In this document: piece after piece, positions 49,822 to 62,536 of the stretch | Layout of the letters: every line of letters starts with the position of its first letter | How positions within the stretch are numbered: position 1 is the stretch's first letter | Source: Albugo candida | Lineage: Eukaryota | Direction of reading: 5' to 3' | DNA length: 64,000 nt | Assembly: GCA_040437565.1 (NCBI GenBank) | Contig: JBDOQK010000028.1 | Location: 248,001-312,000, forward strand | Notes under the pieces: generated by a model | What the model saw: the letters and a program-made list of their open reading frames with translations, nothing else | Databases searched by the model: none | Told to the model about the DNA's origin: nothing | Program-made: the position numbers and the translations under genes

Positions 49822-52800
49822 GGGTGGGAGCGGGGTCTATGCTAAATTCACAAAACCCTTTGGATTTGTAAGGAAACTTCTACCCGAAATTGAAACACAT
49901 GTACTTGTGTTGCTTGCTCAAGCACTTTTGCATCAGGTATTGCTCAGCATGTTAGTACGAGAGTAACATGCATTTTTGTGCACATCAGGAACCACTTCTG
50001 GAGCAAAATACTGATGAGGCCTGGTTGCTGCCAGAAAAACGTTTTAGAAAGCAACGTACGAGCCACCAGAAGAGCAAGTTGTTGTCATTAAGCTTTTAGG
50101 TATGATGATGGACAGTAGCTACCGCTGCTAGAATTGGACGAAACTGTAGATGGAGTAACTATCAAGTAATGGAGCATAAATTATAGATCTGGTGGTTCAG
50201 CACAAGCAAACATTGATTCGAGAGAAGCTGAAAGGCGGGGCACGACGATCAGCAATGATCAGAATGTTTTTTTGCAGCAGGAGAGATAATCTAGCAGGTT
50301 TTTCTTTGCTTTATTGTCTACGTAGCTCAAGTTGAGAACATCGCCGTTATCGGTGGTAGTAGTACCACAAGACTGAGTTTCGAGGATCCTGACATTGGTG
50401 TGGAACAGCGAAGCAGAAGACGTAGCTTGAATATGTGTTACAGGATACAGAAATGAGTGCTTTCGCAAACTTTTGCGACTCACTGGTGGGCGTTTGAAGT
50501 GCGAGAAGCAATGTCACTATACCGAGACTGAATGCTCGTAGCAAAACTTTACATCATCGCAACAGAATAGCAGGATAAAAGACTCGCGAGGGGTGTAATC
50601 CGCATTGATTTCGGGTATTTTCAACTCTACAAGAAGGATAATTGCTTCAATAGTTATCGCGGCTTGTTTTGCGTTATTATTGCAAGTCGAAGATACGTTA
50701 CTAAATTCTAAGCAGACTTTTTTTTGCCACTTTTCTTTACTTTGGCTTCATGAACTCTTTTGAAATTTTGTGATGGATTTGGTTGACTTATGCTATCATC
50801 TTCGCTGGACGTTTGATTATCATAATCATCAACGCTTATAGTAGATTGAGATCCTTCAGCATAAGCATTAGGAGAATCTACGCTCATCTGTGCAAAGCCT
50901 TTCTGGATCTGATCCATCGCTGCAACTTTTCATACAGGAGAAATAATTTTATTATGAAGGAAGTGATATCGGAACAGATATAATACCTTCCGGCGCCGTA
51001 TTGGCTTTCTTCTCTTCGGTTCGCCGTCGCTTCTCGCGGAATGAATTTGACTTCGCTTGCTCTCTGGGCAAGACCAAACTTTTGGATGGTCCTGATTGTG
51101 ATTGCTTACCCAATACTTGGAGCTGCCCATTCGATTTGATCAATATCAACGCGATCATCGCCAAGCTCTGGGACGTAACACACATCATTCTTGTCAAGCG
51201 GGGTATTTCACAGTGTATCGAGAAATGAGATGCCGATTTTACTAGCATAGCTTTCCTCAGGACGAAAGAGTATGACTATGACATAAGAGTATGCCTTTCC
51301 GCATTTTAGAAGGATTTGTGTACCCAACAAACGATAGACAGCTGGCGTGCGTCATCTTACCCAGACAAGTTTTTGATCATGTGCTACATTTATTATGCAT
51401 GAGTAGATAATCTTCACAAAAGAAAGAAACAAACAAATGAACAGGCAGGAACAGAGCACTAAGATAAGGCTTCCTCGACCGATAATGTTCCGGTTTGCTG
51501 TATTCCATCTCTTGAATTCCTTCGTTTCCTGATACAGTCCCACGCGGTTTCCTCAAATTCCTGGTGAAATTCCACGCGTTTACCTTCGAATTCTTGTAAA
51601 TCCCACGCGATATAAATCAGATCGTTGAAACGTGGTCTTTTTGTTGATAAAATTTAGCTCTGTCATCTATTCCTTTCCTTATAAGTAATCGCAGTTGAAA
51701 AGCGTCCATGCTGCTGTCCAAGCTGTCTTGAACAGCGCATATCATAATGAATGATTCGCTAGTACCTGCTACTTGGTCCGGCATCGCGCAAAAAGGCGAA
51801 ATGACTCGATCGAATCATTGCATGTAATAAATTTATCGTTTCACCATTCCAGTAACAAATGTACCTCTCCAAGGTTGGTCATAGCAATGTGGTCAAGTCC
51901 AGAGAAGGGGTGGCGCTTGCTGTTGCCGTACCCGAAGCATTGATCATCCACTCACTTCATAATGGTTATCTTATGGGGACACACTAGTGCGGAGAACTGA
52001 GATAGCCGTCAAGCAAACATATTCTTCCGCTCTACGTCATTGGCACGCTAAACTCTACTTATCATATCTTATCGAAGCCGTCATGGTTCATTACTACCAT
52101 GCTTATAAATATCAAAGTTCACGATTGACTGGCGAACGAATATAAGACTATAATATTTCTAACGTCTACAAAATACGTACCGAACATCATCAACCTTCGA
52201 AATGTAACATATTAGCATGCTGGTCATCAAGGGCATGTTTCAAAAAGTTATATTATTGTCAAGATTCAATAAAAGCTGCTTGGGTTCAAGTTGAGAAAGA
52301 ACTGCCCAATTGTGCCAAATTTCGATATTCATAGACGCGTGAATCATACAAGTAACTCTATGCAAGAGCCATCCGTTGAGTTGTGGATATGTCAAGGATG
52401 TCCAAGCTTGGGGCCATTGAGATATTGCCGTATAGCCGCCGGGGACTATCTGGATACAGTTACGCAGGTATCCTTGACTCCACCCACATGTCACTTTCTT
52501 CGCAAACCACCTCGTGGAGCACTGCATTACAATGCTCAGAAATACGACTGCTTTTCTGTTCGATCATATCGCACCAGCGTGGAGGCTAACAAAGTTCTCG
52601 TACTCGATGCGGTATCTGCTTCATGTTCCAGCAGGCTTTGCAACAGCGACAGAATAGTTTGCTGATTGATATGGATGACCGTCGTCATCGTATTATCGAT
52701 CTTATCTCCATATTGCGTGGCAAACAAATTCCCTGCATGAAAGGAATCATTATCAACTCGCGAACCCATAGATGGTGCAATCACAGCCATACGGATGGTG

Positions 52801-54160
52801 AAAAGAATAACTGGCGATATTAGTAAATGTAACGTAGCTTCTTGGGCATCCTATGAAGGCGTATGATTCTCAAATTGTAATTGTTGGTCTCGGAGGCTTG
52901 TTACTAGAGCTTTGACCAAAATACATTGCAATCGAAGTAACCTTATCGAGGCCATGCTGGTCGTGAGCATCATCAAACAGGACACTGCATACAAATTTGG
53001 AATCCCATATCAAACGTATTTCCGTGGACATAAGCTTTGTATCAACACTCTTTTGCGCACGATAGAACGAGATTATGCAATTGTCGTGTAGGCTGTATGT
53101 ATCGATAAGTGGTCTTCATATTGTTGCGTATTTACGCTTGCCTGGTACACGGAACATAGCTGGGTACAACATTCAAGACTTGCGATAACGAGCAACTTTC
53201 ATTCTGCTGAAAAGTTCCTATACATAACCTCTTATCTTGGTCAAAGATGAGCAGAACGTGCAATTTGTATATTTCGCTATGCGTTTCATTCCTATAGCCG
53301 CGCGGCTAACAAATGACTAATAACTGATGCAGCACTTTGGCTCCCGGACTGGAACCCAAGTCCCGCCCTCATATTCTCCCACAAGAGCGAGCTCCTCCGC
53401 TTCCCGAAACATGTAGGATCTAATCCCTCGTCTTCGATCGAGATCTTTTTCTATCGTACGGCGGACCTCGACCAACGATCATGAATGTAGCCAGAAGCGT
53501 AGGGAATACGCCGTTTCATGGACGCTATATACATCACACCGCTTTTGTTGGCCGTTTTGCGTAAGAAAAGATGGGTCGTTCTCGAGATACGTCCAATCGC
53601 TAACACTCAAATCATTTTCAAAAACATACTCAGATATTTGCTATCTCGCACAGCTTCCTTATAGCCACGCCAAATCTGGATAGGTGTCAGCAAGAGCTAG
53701 AGCCCGCCTCTCCCCTCTACGGATGTGACGCCCATAACGAAAGCGTTGATAATAAATACGTTTGGGAGCACACTTCGGTTTCATATTCGACACTTCTTTT
53801 CACAAAGACACGAGTCTTTATCAAGCACGCTAAGGCTATACATTTAGATATCCACGATTGATAGCCACGTTTGCCCAGACTACCGCTCGTTTTCAAGAGA
53901 GAAGCTTTATCTGCGATGCAGCGATATTCCTTCTGTACAAGCCGATGACTATCAAGATACGCATTGGTTCCTTACCACAACCATATTATGATTGTATTTA
54001 AAATATATGGAAATCGCTTAGTGAATGGTAAAGTCCAAATGACTACTATCGCCATGATCAACGCTTTTTACTGACTCAAGGCGGGAAAACCGAAAGCGCG
54101 CCTTTTTTTGTAATTTGATGTGTATCACCAATTAGCATCGGTAGACCGAACATCAGTGCA

Positions 54161-56882
54161 ATGAGCTACCCGTTGACCGCGTTGGAAGCGCTCCATACCG
54201 CCGACTTTACACCTACAAATCTCAAGAACAGGAATCAAAACGTTTTCACCCAGAGTGATGGCACAAAGAAACGTAAACATCATCACGGACTCGCGTCTAC
54301 CACCGATGTGACGCCAAACTCAACATCCAAGCGGTATTTTCAGCCAACAAGAAAATTATTCATTGACAGCACTGACAGAATCGACTCTTTCCTGTCACGC
54401 GAGTACTCTGTTTCAAACACTGTTTCCTCGATTGCGATTACGAATGATCGAAAGTATCTCGTAATTGGCTTTTATAGCGGCACTGTACGGAATCTGAAGT
54501 CATGAATCCATTCGCAATGCTAATTTGTTCGTTTTTAGATATTCTTGTACCCCTTGCAGGTGGATTATGCGGTCAACTTTCGAAATGGAATACTTTTAGA
54601 TCAAATAACCCCTCGTGGAATTTACACCCAATTAATGGTCCGTGTGGTTGTGAGTGATGACAATTCCTTTATCTTTGCAGGGGTCTATCGAGGATCCACA
54701 GAAATCCGAGCGATTCAGATCGACAGCATCGAAATGCCAAGTATCAGTTGCAAAGATTCAAGTGTGAGAAAAATAAGCGATCGAAAGATTGATTCTGAAA
54801 AAGCACCTGTTGCAACTTGTACGTCGTATACGTTTTCTGATGCCAAACTCAAAGGATTTGCAGCTGCAAAGAGCTTGGGACCTTTATCGCATGAATATCG
54901 CTTGCTTTGCGGACTAGGCATAAAAAATATCCATATTTGGCGATTTTATCGGAAGAATGACGACTGGGCCTGGGAATGTATTTTCGACAAACAGAGTAAT
55001 GGAATTAGTCTTGAATTGCTTTCATTTTGCCCCGGAGAGTACAACACGATAATTTCGAAATCAGAGCATCAATGCATTCGGATGTGGGAACTAGAACCGA
55101 CTCCCGACTGTACGATTGGACTTGTTACCAAAAAAGCTCACAAAGATATCAAGAACACGATTGACGCATTTGCGCTCCACGAAAACTTGGTGTACTGCGG
55201 TACGGACACATTATCCATCATAGATTTGCATACAGGGGAACGCATCGAACACATTCTTCCTGAAGTGAACACAGCACATTCAACTAATCAACCGATCTCA
55301 CGACGAATGAGACGAAGCGGTACCTTTGAATCTNNNNNNNNNNNNNNNNNNNNNNNNNNNNNNNNNNNNNNNNNNNNNNNNNNNNNNNNNNNNNNNNNNN
55401 NNNNNNNNNNNNNNNNNNNNNNNNNNNNNNNNNATTGACGCATTTGCGCTCCACGAAAACTTGGTGTACTGCGGTACGGACACATTATCCATCATAGATT
55501 TGCATACAGGGGAACGCATCGAACACATTCTTCCTGAAGTGAACACAGCACATTCAACTAATCAACCGATCTCACGACGAATGAGACGAAGCGGTACCTT
55601 TGAATCTGCTGTTCGTCACATGCGAACAGTGGCGCAGATTTCGAGCTGGGAGAATTGTCCATTTTCGATGGGTATGTGTTCCGATGGAAGCGTCTTCCTA
55701 CATGATCATAAGGATGCACAATTGGGAATGGCCTCTCCTCTGCAGTACATTCCTGGATATGAAACCTTTTTTCAAGATCCGACTTTGACATTCCAAGCAC
55801 AATTTTCCGATCTCACAAGAATGAATAATGCAAACGGTGTATTAGCCATTCTCCCGCTTTTAAGAGGGGTCGGCGTATCTTCCGATGAGTGGAAGCAACG
55901 GCAAAATTGGCTGGTAGCTACAGCGAATCAAAGTGTCTTACAAGTGCGTACACTCGCTGCCTGTATAGATGACAAGGCGGAAAATCTCAATGAGCAGATC
56001 ATATCAAGCGGAAACGAGGTCATTGCAGACTCGCGTTCGCAATGTCCTTCAAGTTCGGAAGAAGAATGGGACGGAGATATTTCTCGCGAGAAGACTCTTG
56101 ATATAGAAACAGAATTACCCACGAATGAACCAGCCACTTATTCACAAGAGTGCTACGGTACACCAGATACACTGGAGAAAGCTGATGCACCAGTTAAACT
56201 CGTACAGCCTTTTGAATGTGACGTTCGAAACAGAACCCCTACAAAGCGCAGACCCGACCATTGTGACCGATTATATGCAACAAATGGTTACAAAAGCGTG
56301 AATATCGACCCGGCTGGACCCCTTATCAATAAGCAAGATGACTCAGATACACAAAATAAAGAAGGAAACATTAAACAGCCCAATCAAAAGCGATATGGTA
56401 GACGCGCTGTAGCTCGGGCATTGCTTTGCTCGGAGGACAATTTGGGCCTTGAGAACCAAATAAATGGTCAGACCAAAGTTAAATCGGTCAAATCGAGGGA
56501 TCTGAGCTATCAGTGTCAGCGTAATGGGAGGTGTCAAATCAAAGCTGTCGAAGCAGATATCACACTATTAGAGCTTTCTCGAATGCGAAAAGGTCAGAAT
56601 CTCCCATCCGTGTCGTTACCGAAGATAGATGGGGGACGATCGATCGAACAGGAAGTATTACTTGCTCAATTTGCTTTGCAATGGCATCGTCATTACAATT
56701 ACGAGCATACTGCAAGCTCTGATACACGGGAACGTATCACCAGTCGCTGGATTTTGGATCAATCTAAACGCTTCATAGATCAGACAAAGCAATTACACGG
56801 TCTTCAGCTGCTCGAGGCGAAAGCTTATCATGCTATGGTCGAGTACGAATCGTTTCAATACTTTCATAAGCAACATAAATAA
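54161..56882 (+). CDS. Hypothetical protein with a WD40-like beta-rich N-terminal half and a low-complexity/helical C-terminus; one intron at about 54487-54538; ~175 bp duplicated across the gap at 55334-55433
   Basis: VSSIAITNDRKYLVIGFYSGT, VVSDDNSFIFAGV, GIKNIHIWRF, SKSEHQCIRMWEL. Long open frames join across the gap overlap. Confidence 0.7.
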
Positions 56883-59800
56883 TATATCCTCATCCATAGT
56901 GGGAGTCTAAGAGCTACGTTACTTGTGTTAATCTCAATCAGTATTTTGCATTTCAAATCAAAGATTGTTCGAAGCTTTGGGTAAATTATATATCACGACC
57001 ATATATTTGTATGACGCTTTAACATTTAGAGTTTTATCGTCGCATAACTGATCGGATGTAGAAAACCTTATCAGCACAAATCGAGTGTAAGGTTCTCTGA
57101 AGAAGTCTCTATTTCCACGTAATGCAAGAATAAGCGATTAATGTCCGTCGTAGTCCAAGACATTCAGATTCGCAACTGCCGCTGATCCACATGTCTTGGA
57201 AGTGAATGACAGCGATGTGAATGCTTTGCGGGAACACATTATCAAGTACACTAGTTCGGCTTACAAGTGTTGTAGATTTACGGAGCATAGGCTTCGGATG
57301 ACATTCGCTTCTTTCGTAATCTCTATGTGCTTTGCCAAATTAGAGTTTGAAACATGAACAAGCTATACAACCGTTCATTCTGATGATGATATACACTTCC
57401 CAGATTTCAGGCTTTAAGTTTAATAAATAAGAGAATTTATGGACTGGTCAGGATCTGAACGTATCTGGTTAAAGTAGCTTATGAACGCTGAACACGCTGG
57501 AACGAATGAAGAGTCACATATGTTGTAGGTTATGGACACCCATTGAGTCAAACACGCTTGTGCCTGAACGAATTCAGTTCAACACCTTGCGGATAATTCG
57601 TCTTCGGCGATCATGTAATTTCATTTTACGCCGGTATTTCCAATGGCACCGAAAATAGATCTTTTGATGACGCATGTCGCTGTGTGTTAAGGAGGGTCAC
57701 TTGAGTTCACATTTTAAACCCTTGTTGAGGTATGTGAGCGTTCAATGTGCTTTTGAGGAAAACCACACAATCAAACATTTGGTAGTAGCTCATGAGCTAT
57801 TTCAATATGGGACAACCCCATACCTTAAAATTAATCGGTTTTCAGCGTGATATGGATGCATTCGCTCATGGAGGGACTGATAGTACAACCATGACACCTA
57901 ATAATACTTTTTAACAAAAAATGTGTCTGCGAGTGCGTGCTACAGCTGACAGGGAAGACTCAACTAGCTAGCTGACGGTGCGTCGACTGGCCATGCGCCA
58001 CCATACGGATATAATGACTCCGAGCCAGCCAAGCATAGGTCCTTGCGGCGTGAAATGTGGGGGAAGGATAATAATGTGAGCCAAGCCGTGAGCAGACATC
58101 ATGCTTTTGTTAAAGAAGAATGTAATGCAGCACTATCAAAGTATGCTGAAAGATTGACTCAAGCAATCTTCTTCTGATGAGTGGTGGAACGGCTGAAAAT
58201 TGGGTGGCGTTAGCATCGGGCGAGAGACCGAGAAAGAAGTGTTGGTGGGGCAACAGAGGTTTCGAACGTTATGTGCACTCAAAGTTTTAGCCTAATTTAT
58301 TGCTTTGATATGCATGCCGTAGTATCTCAAAGCTTGTGTCTCAACATGAAATTGCGTCAACATTCATTCGGGAACTTCTGATCGATACTATCAAGAAACG
58401 TGTATTGCAAGGGCACACAGCTACGATATATTACCGGAAATGGAATCAAAATAAGAAGACGTTGATCAATTTGATGCCACGATGCTGCACTGAGATCATC
58501 AATTAGTGATAGATGGACGCACCAGTGTTAAGAATTGCTCTATTTCTCATATCTTGGCACACATCAAATGCACAATCAAGCCATTAAATCGTCATCTTTG
58601 ATGGACTTCCAGCATTATATAAAGCCGTCGTAAGAATTCCATGGATAGGATGCCAGGTCTATATATTTTTCAGGCTCCGGCAACTTCTTTTCTCGTGCAT
58701 GGTACGCTAATTGCATAACAAAGCGGAGTGGTTCGGCAAGACTTGTCCAACAATCATCTGAAACCGATCGAAATGGCACTTCTTCTGTGTTATTATGGGC
58801 AAAGAAGCGAGTGTCCGTGTAATCGTGTTACGAAGTGTAAATACGTTTCCAGCGCAGCGGCAACTCTATTGAATGCGCCTCTGCGTTAGGCGAAACATCT
58901 AGACGATAATCTGGCCTGCTTGTGTGGACGCTAGCTAATGATCACACAAGCACAATGGAAAGTAGAGGTATCTGTTTCTTTTGTGGTGAAGCAAACAAGT
59001 GACAAATTTCAAGCAGCTAGTATGGCAGATCCACAGGAAGTTGAACACAAAGCCAACTAGCCGAAGTTTGATTAAGAATATTTGCAAGAGGAAGTATCCA
59101 CTTCTTACTAACACGGGCGGACAGCATCTGACCCAGACCTGTGGCAAGACCGAGCGCTAATGGAGGCTCGATTTGGAAATTTACAAGAAAAGTGTCTGTC
59201 ACGCATTTTACGGAGCTGAAACGAAAAACTCTTTTAGCTTTTTGGTATATTCATTCCACATAAAGCAAAAACACACAGTATGCGTTGCCGTCATTCGTTG
59301 GTACTAACATAAAAACTTAGCCTTACTCCATCTGCTAAGACTTAATTGTTCCTAAAGAACTATATGAAGCCCTTTGGTGGCTCATAGACAGAAACGTCGC
59401 ATTGTTGAAATATATATAGTTCTGCGCTCATATACGATTTACTCGTTCTTTACAAATGTTCCTCTCGGTTGCAAGTTTCGAGGAAACTCTGAAAAGAGAT
59501 GTTGAACAGGTTTAGTAGTATACTTGAATTCAACATGGCTACCTTACAACGGGTAAGTTGAGCTACGGTCTAAGTTGGTGAAGCACTGCGAGCTTTCAAG
59601 AATACTATCTGCAACTTGTTAGCTGTTTCCATAGGTAGTTGATAGCTACTTCATCCATGTCAGAAGCCTTTGATTACCTGGTAGCCTGGAGTCGCGTGTA
59701 TTGCTTGATGCAACAGCAAGACGAATTTAGAATTGAGATGAGTAGAGCGGTATTCTAGTCACTCGAAAGAAGTCATCTTTCGTTCCTTCAATGCGCCCAT

Positions 59801-60073
59801 CATAGTATTTCCAGAAACTATCCAGACACAGGTATCCTAGATCAAATAACATCGCCAATTACTAGCACACTCGCTCAAAATAAAACATACAGAGATGACA
59901 TTGATGATTTTCGACGTGAACGACTTCTTTTTGATAAAATATACGGAAGAGTTGATAAGGAACACGCGGAGAGAGAAGAAGAAATGACTGAAACCATTGA
60001 ATGAAGTACTCAGACTTATCAGCGAAGAGGTGATTTTCTGAGAACACACCGTTTGCTATAGACACCTCTAAAA

Positions 60074-60274
60074 TATACTTTTAGCCCTACAGGAATGCTA
60101 GCGATGTGCTTTGCGACTATTTGTTGGAGTTACTCAATATTTTTGTTTGCGTGAAGCCGTGTCCGTCCAAAAATTCACAATACGGACAGGGCTTCACGCA
60201 AACAAAAATATTGAGTAACTCCAACAAATAGTCGCAAAGCACATCGCTAGCATTCCTGTAGGGCTAAAAGTATA
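60074..60274. repeat. Near-perfect 201-bp hairpin (93-bp arms, 15-nt loop); candidate MITE or hairpin-RNA locus
   Basis: 60074-60166 is the reverse complement of 60182-60274 except one G:G mismatch (60159/60189). The loop is CCAAAAATTCACAAT and both ends read TATA. Confidence 0.92.
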
Positions 60275-60481
60275 CTAGTTTATGCGTTCCGGGACACACT
60301 TAAATTGAAGCTCATAATCTCGATTCCGTGGCTTTGACGAACACGTCGAACGGCATCACGTAGCGATCGTAACTAAATGCGTATTCCCAACGCTTTTATT
60401 CGACGTCTTAGCACATACAATTAAACATTTATGTCAATAAACAGAAGTCTGATGTTCTTGTACCAATAATGAACATCAGGA

Positions 60482-62536
60482 ATGCTCGGCTTTTATTTAC
60501 CCCCGGCACTGTACTATGAGTCTCTTGAAATGATCGCCATCAATCAACGGGACCACGTTGGTGCTCATGCAGAGCACGTGATGCATCCAGTCCGACACAA
60601 AGAACAACAGTATCCAAGAATACTTGGAAAGTATATTGTGAAGCACACGCTAGGAATTGGTCTGCAAGGTAAGGTGAAATTAGGTATCAGCATCGAAACG
60701 AACCAAATGGTTGCACTCAAAATCATCGACGCCAAAAAATGGAATCGCAAAATGTTGACGAATGTCTCCCGAGAAATTGCAGCGATGAGTCGTATCAATC
60801 ATCCCAATGTCCTTAAACTAATTGAGGTGTACGACAATCTGAGATACTGGAAAAAAAATGGCTCGTATCAAGAGGTCGTGCTTATTGTTTTAGAATTGGC
60901 AAATGGAGGAGAACTTTTCGCATATATGATGTATACTGGCGCTTTCTCGGAAAACGTAGCTCGGATCTATTTCTTACAATTGATCGATGGCCTTGATGCC
61001 TGTCACTCTAAAGGTGTATACCATCGTGACATCAAGCCTGAAAACCTCCTACTTGACGAAGATTTCCAGCTCAAAATTGCTGATTTCGGTCTGTCCAACC
61101 TAGCAGATGTATCAGCTGACGGATCTGAAAAGCTTGCAGTCAGAGAACTGTACACTCAGTGCGGTACGAAGTCATACATGAGTCCGGAAATTCTGGCAGG
61201 AGTACCCTATGATGGAGGTGCGGCAGATGTATGGTCTGCCGGGGTTGTCTTGTTCATTATGCTTGCGGCATTCCCACCTTTTCAAACAGCAACACAGCAA
61301 GATTGGTGGTATCGATCTATCGCTGCAGAACGTTACGATTCTTTTTGGAATGCTCATGCTCGACACGCAGAATTCTCGGAAGAAGCTAAACATTTACTGA
61401 GTCGAATTTTCAAAAGTGATCCCAAGATGCGAATTACTATATCAGACATCAAAGTAAGTTTATAAAATGCATTTCTGACACATCTGAGTAAAGTAAATCT
61501 GGAAACTGCAGAAACATCCTTGGTGCACCAAACCTTTCGTAATCACCCAGGCAACGTGCGCTGATTTGCTAAGGCGAAAGCATCAGGTAGAAGAAGAAAA
61601 GCGACGGGAACGAGCAGAAGAAAATCCGACCGGATCCGTCGAGCTGGAAGTAGAATCATCATCACTTGACATGCCAGGGGAAGTCGTGGGACTGGGAAAC
61701 TTCTACAAGAAGGCCACAGACGATAAAGAGTACTTTGAAACATGCAGAATGGCCACAGATCAATTGATAGAACCCAATGATACCGCTTTATCGGATACGA
61801 ATTCAGACTCGATATGTCCTGCCGACGTCCCCATGTATCCGTGCGCGAAGGTTATGTTTGGGACAGCTTTTGAGACTGCTCAAAGCGCCGAGGTTGTACA
61901 TCAGCGAATCGAAGCTGCTTTGCGAAGCTTGGCGAAAGAAGGATGGTCGGCTACCTTTGTCTGTAAAAAAGACTGCTTCAAGAGCAAAGTCATGCTCGAA
62001 ANNNNNNNNNNNNNNNNNNNNNNNNNNNNNNNNNNNNNNNNNNNNNNNNNNNNNNNNNNNNNNNNNNNNNNNNNNNNNNNNNNNNNNNNNNNNNNNNNNN
62101 NAGACTCGATATGTCCTGCCGACGTCCCCATGTATCCGTGCGCGAAGGTTATGTTTGGGACAGCTTTTGAGACTGCTCAAAGCGCCGAGGTTGTACATCA
62201 GCGAATCGAAGCTGCTTTGCGAAGCTTGGCGAAAGAAGGATGGTCGGCTACCTTTGTCTGTAAAAAAGACTGCTTCAAGAGCAAAGTCATGCTCGAAACA
62301 GAAAACGTGGAGTGCTGTGTTCGTGTGTATGCGCACCCTCATGTACGTGACTGCATTGTTTGACGCCCGAGCTTTTGACGTAAACTGAAATATGATAGAC
62401 TGCTGGTCATAGCGTTGCGGAATGTCGACGAATACGTGGTAGCTGTGCACCATTCTTGCGATTCTACCAGGCTTTGAGCGATCATTTAGCAGACTTGATG
62501 TGGACTCCTGTCACAATGAATAGTATGGAAGAATGA
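60482..62536 (+). CDS. Ser/Thr protein kinase, CAMK group (SNF1/CAMKL-like), with a KA1-like C-terminus; 3 exons; ~196 bp duplicated across the gap at 62002-62101
   Basis: LGIGLQGKV, VALK, GGELF, HRDIKPEN, DFG, TQCGTKSYMSPE, DVWSAGV. Final exon VAECRRIRGSCAPFLRFYQAL is KA1-like. Confidence 0.9.
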
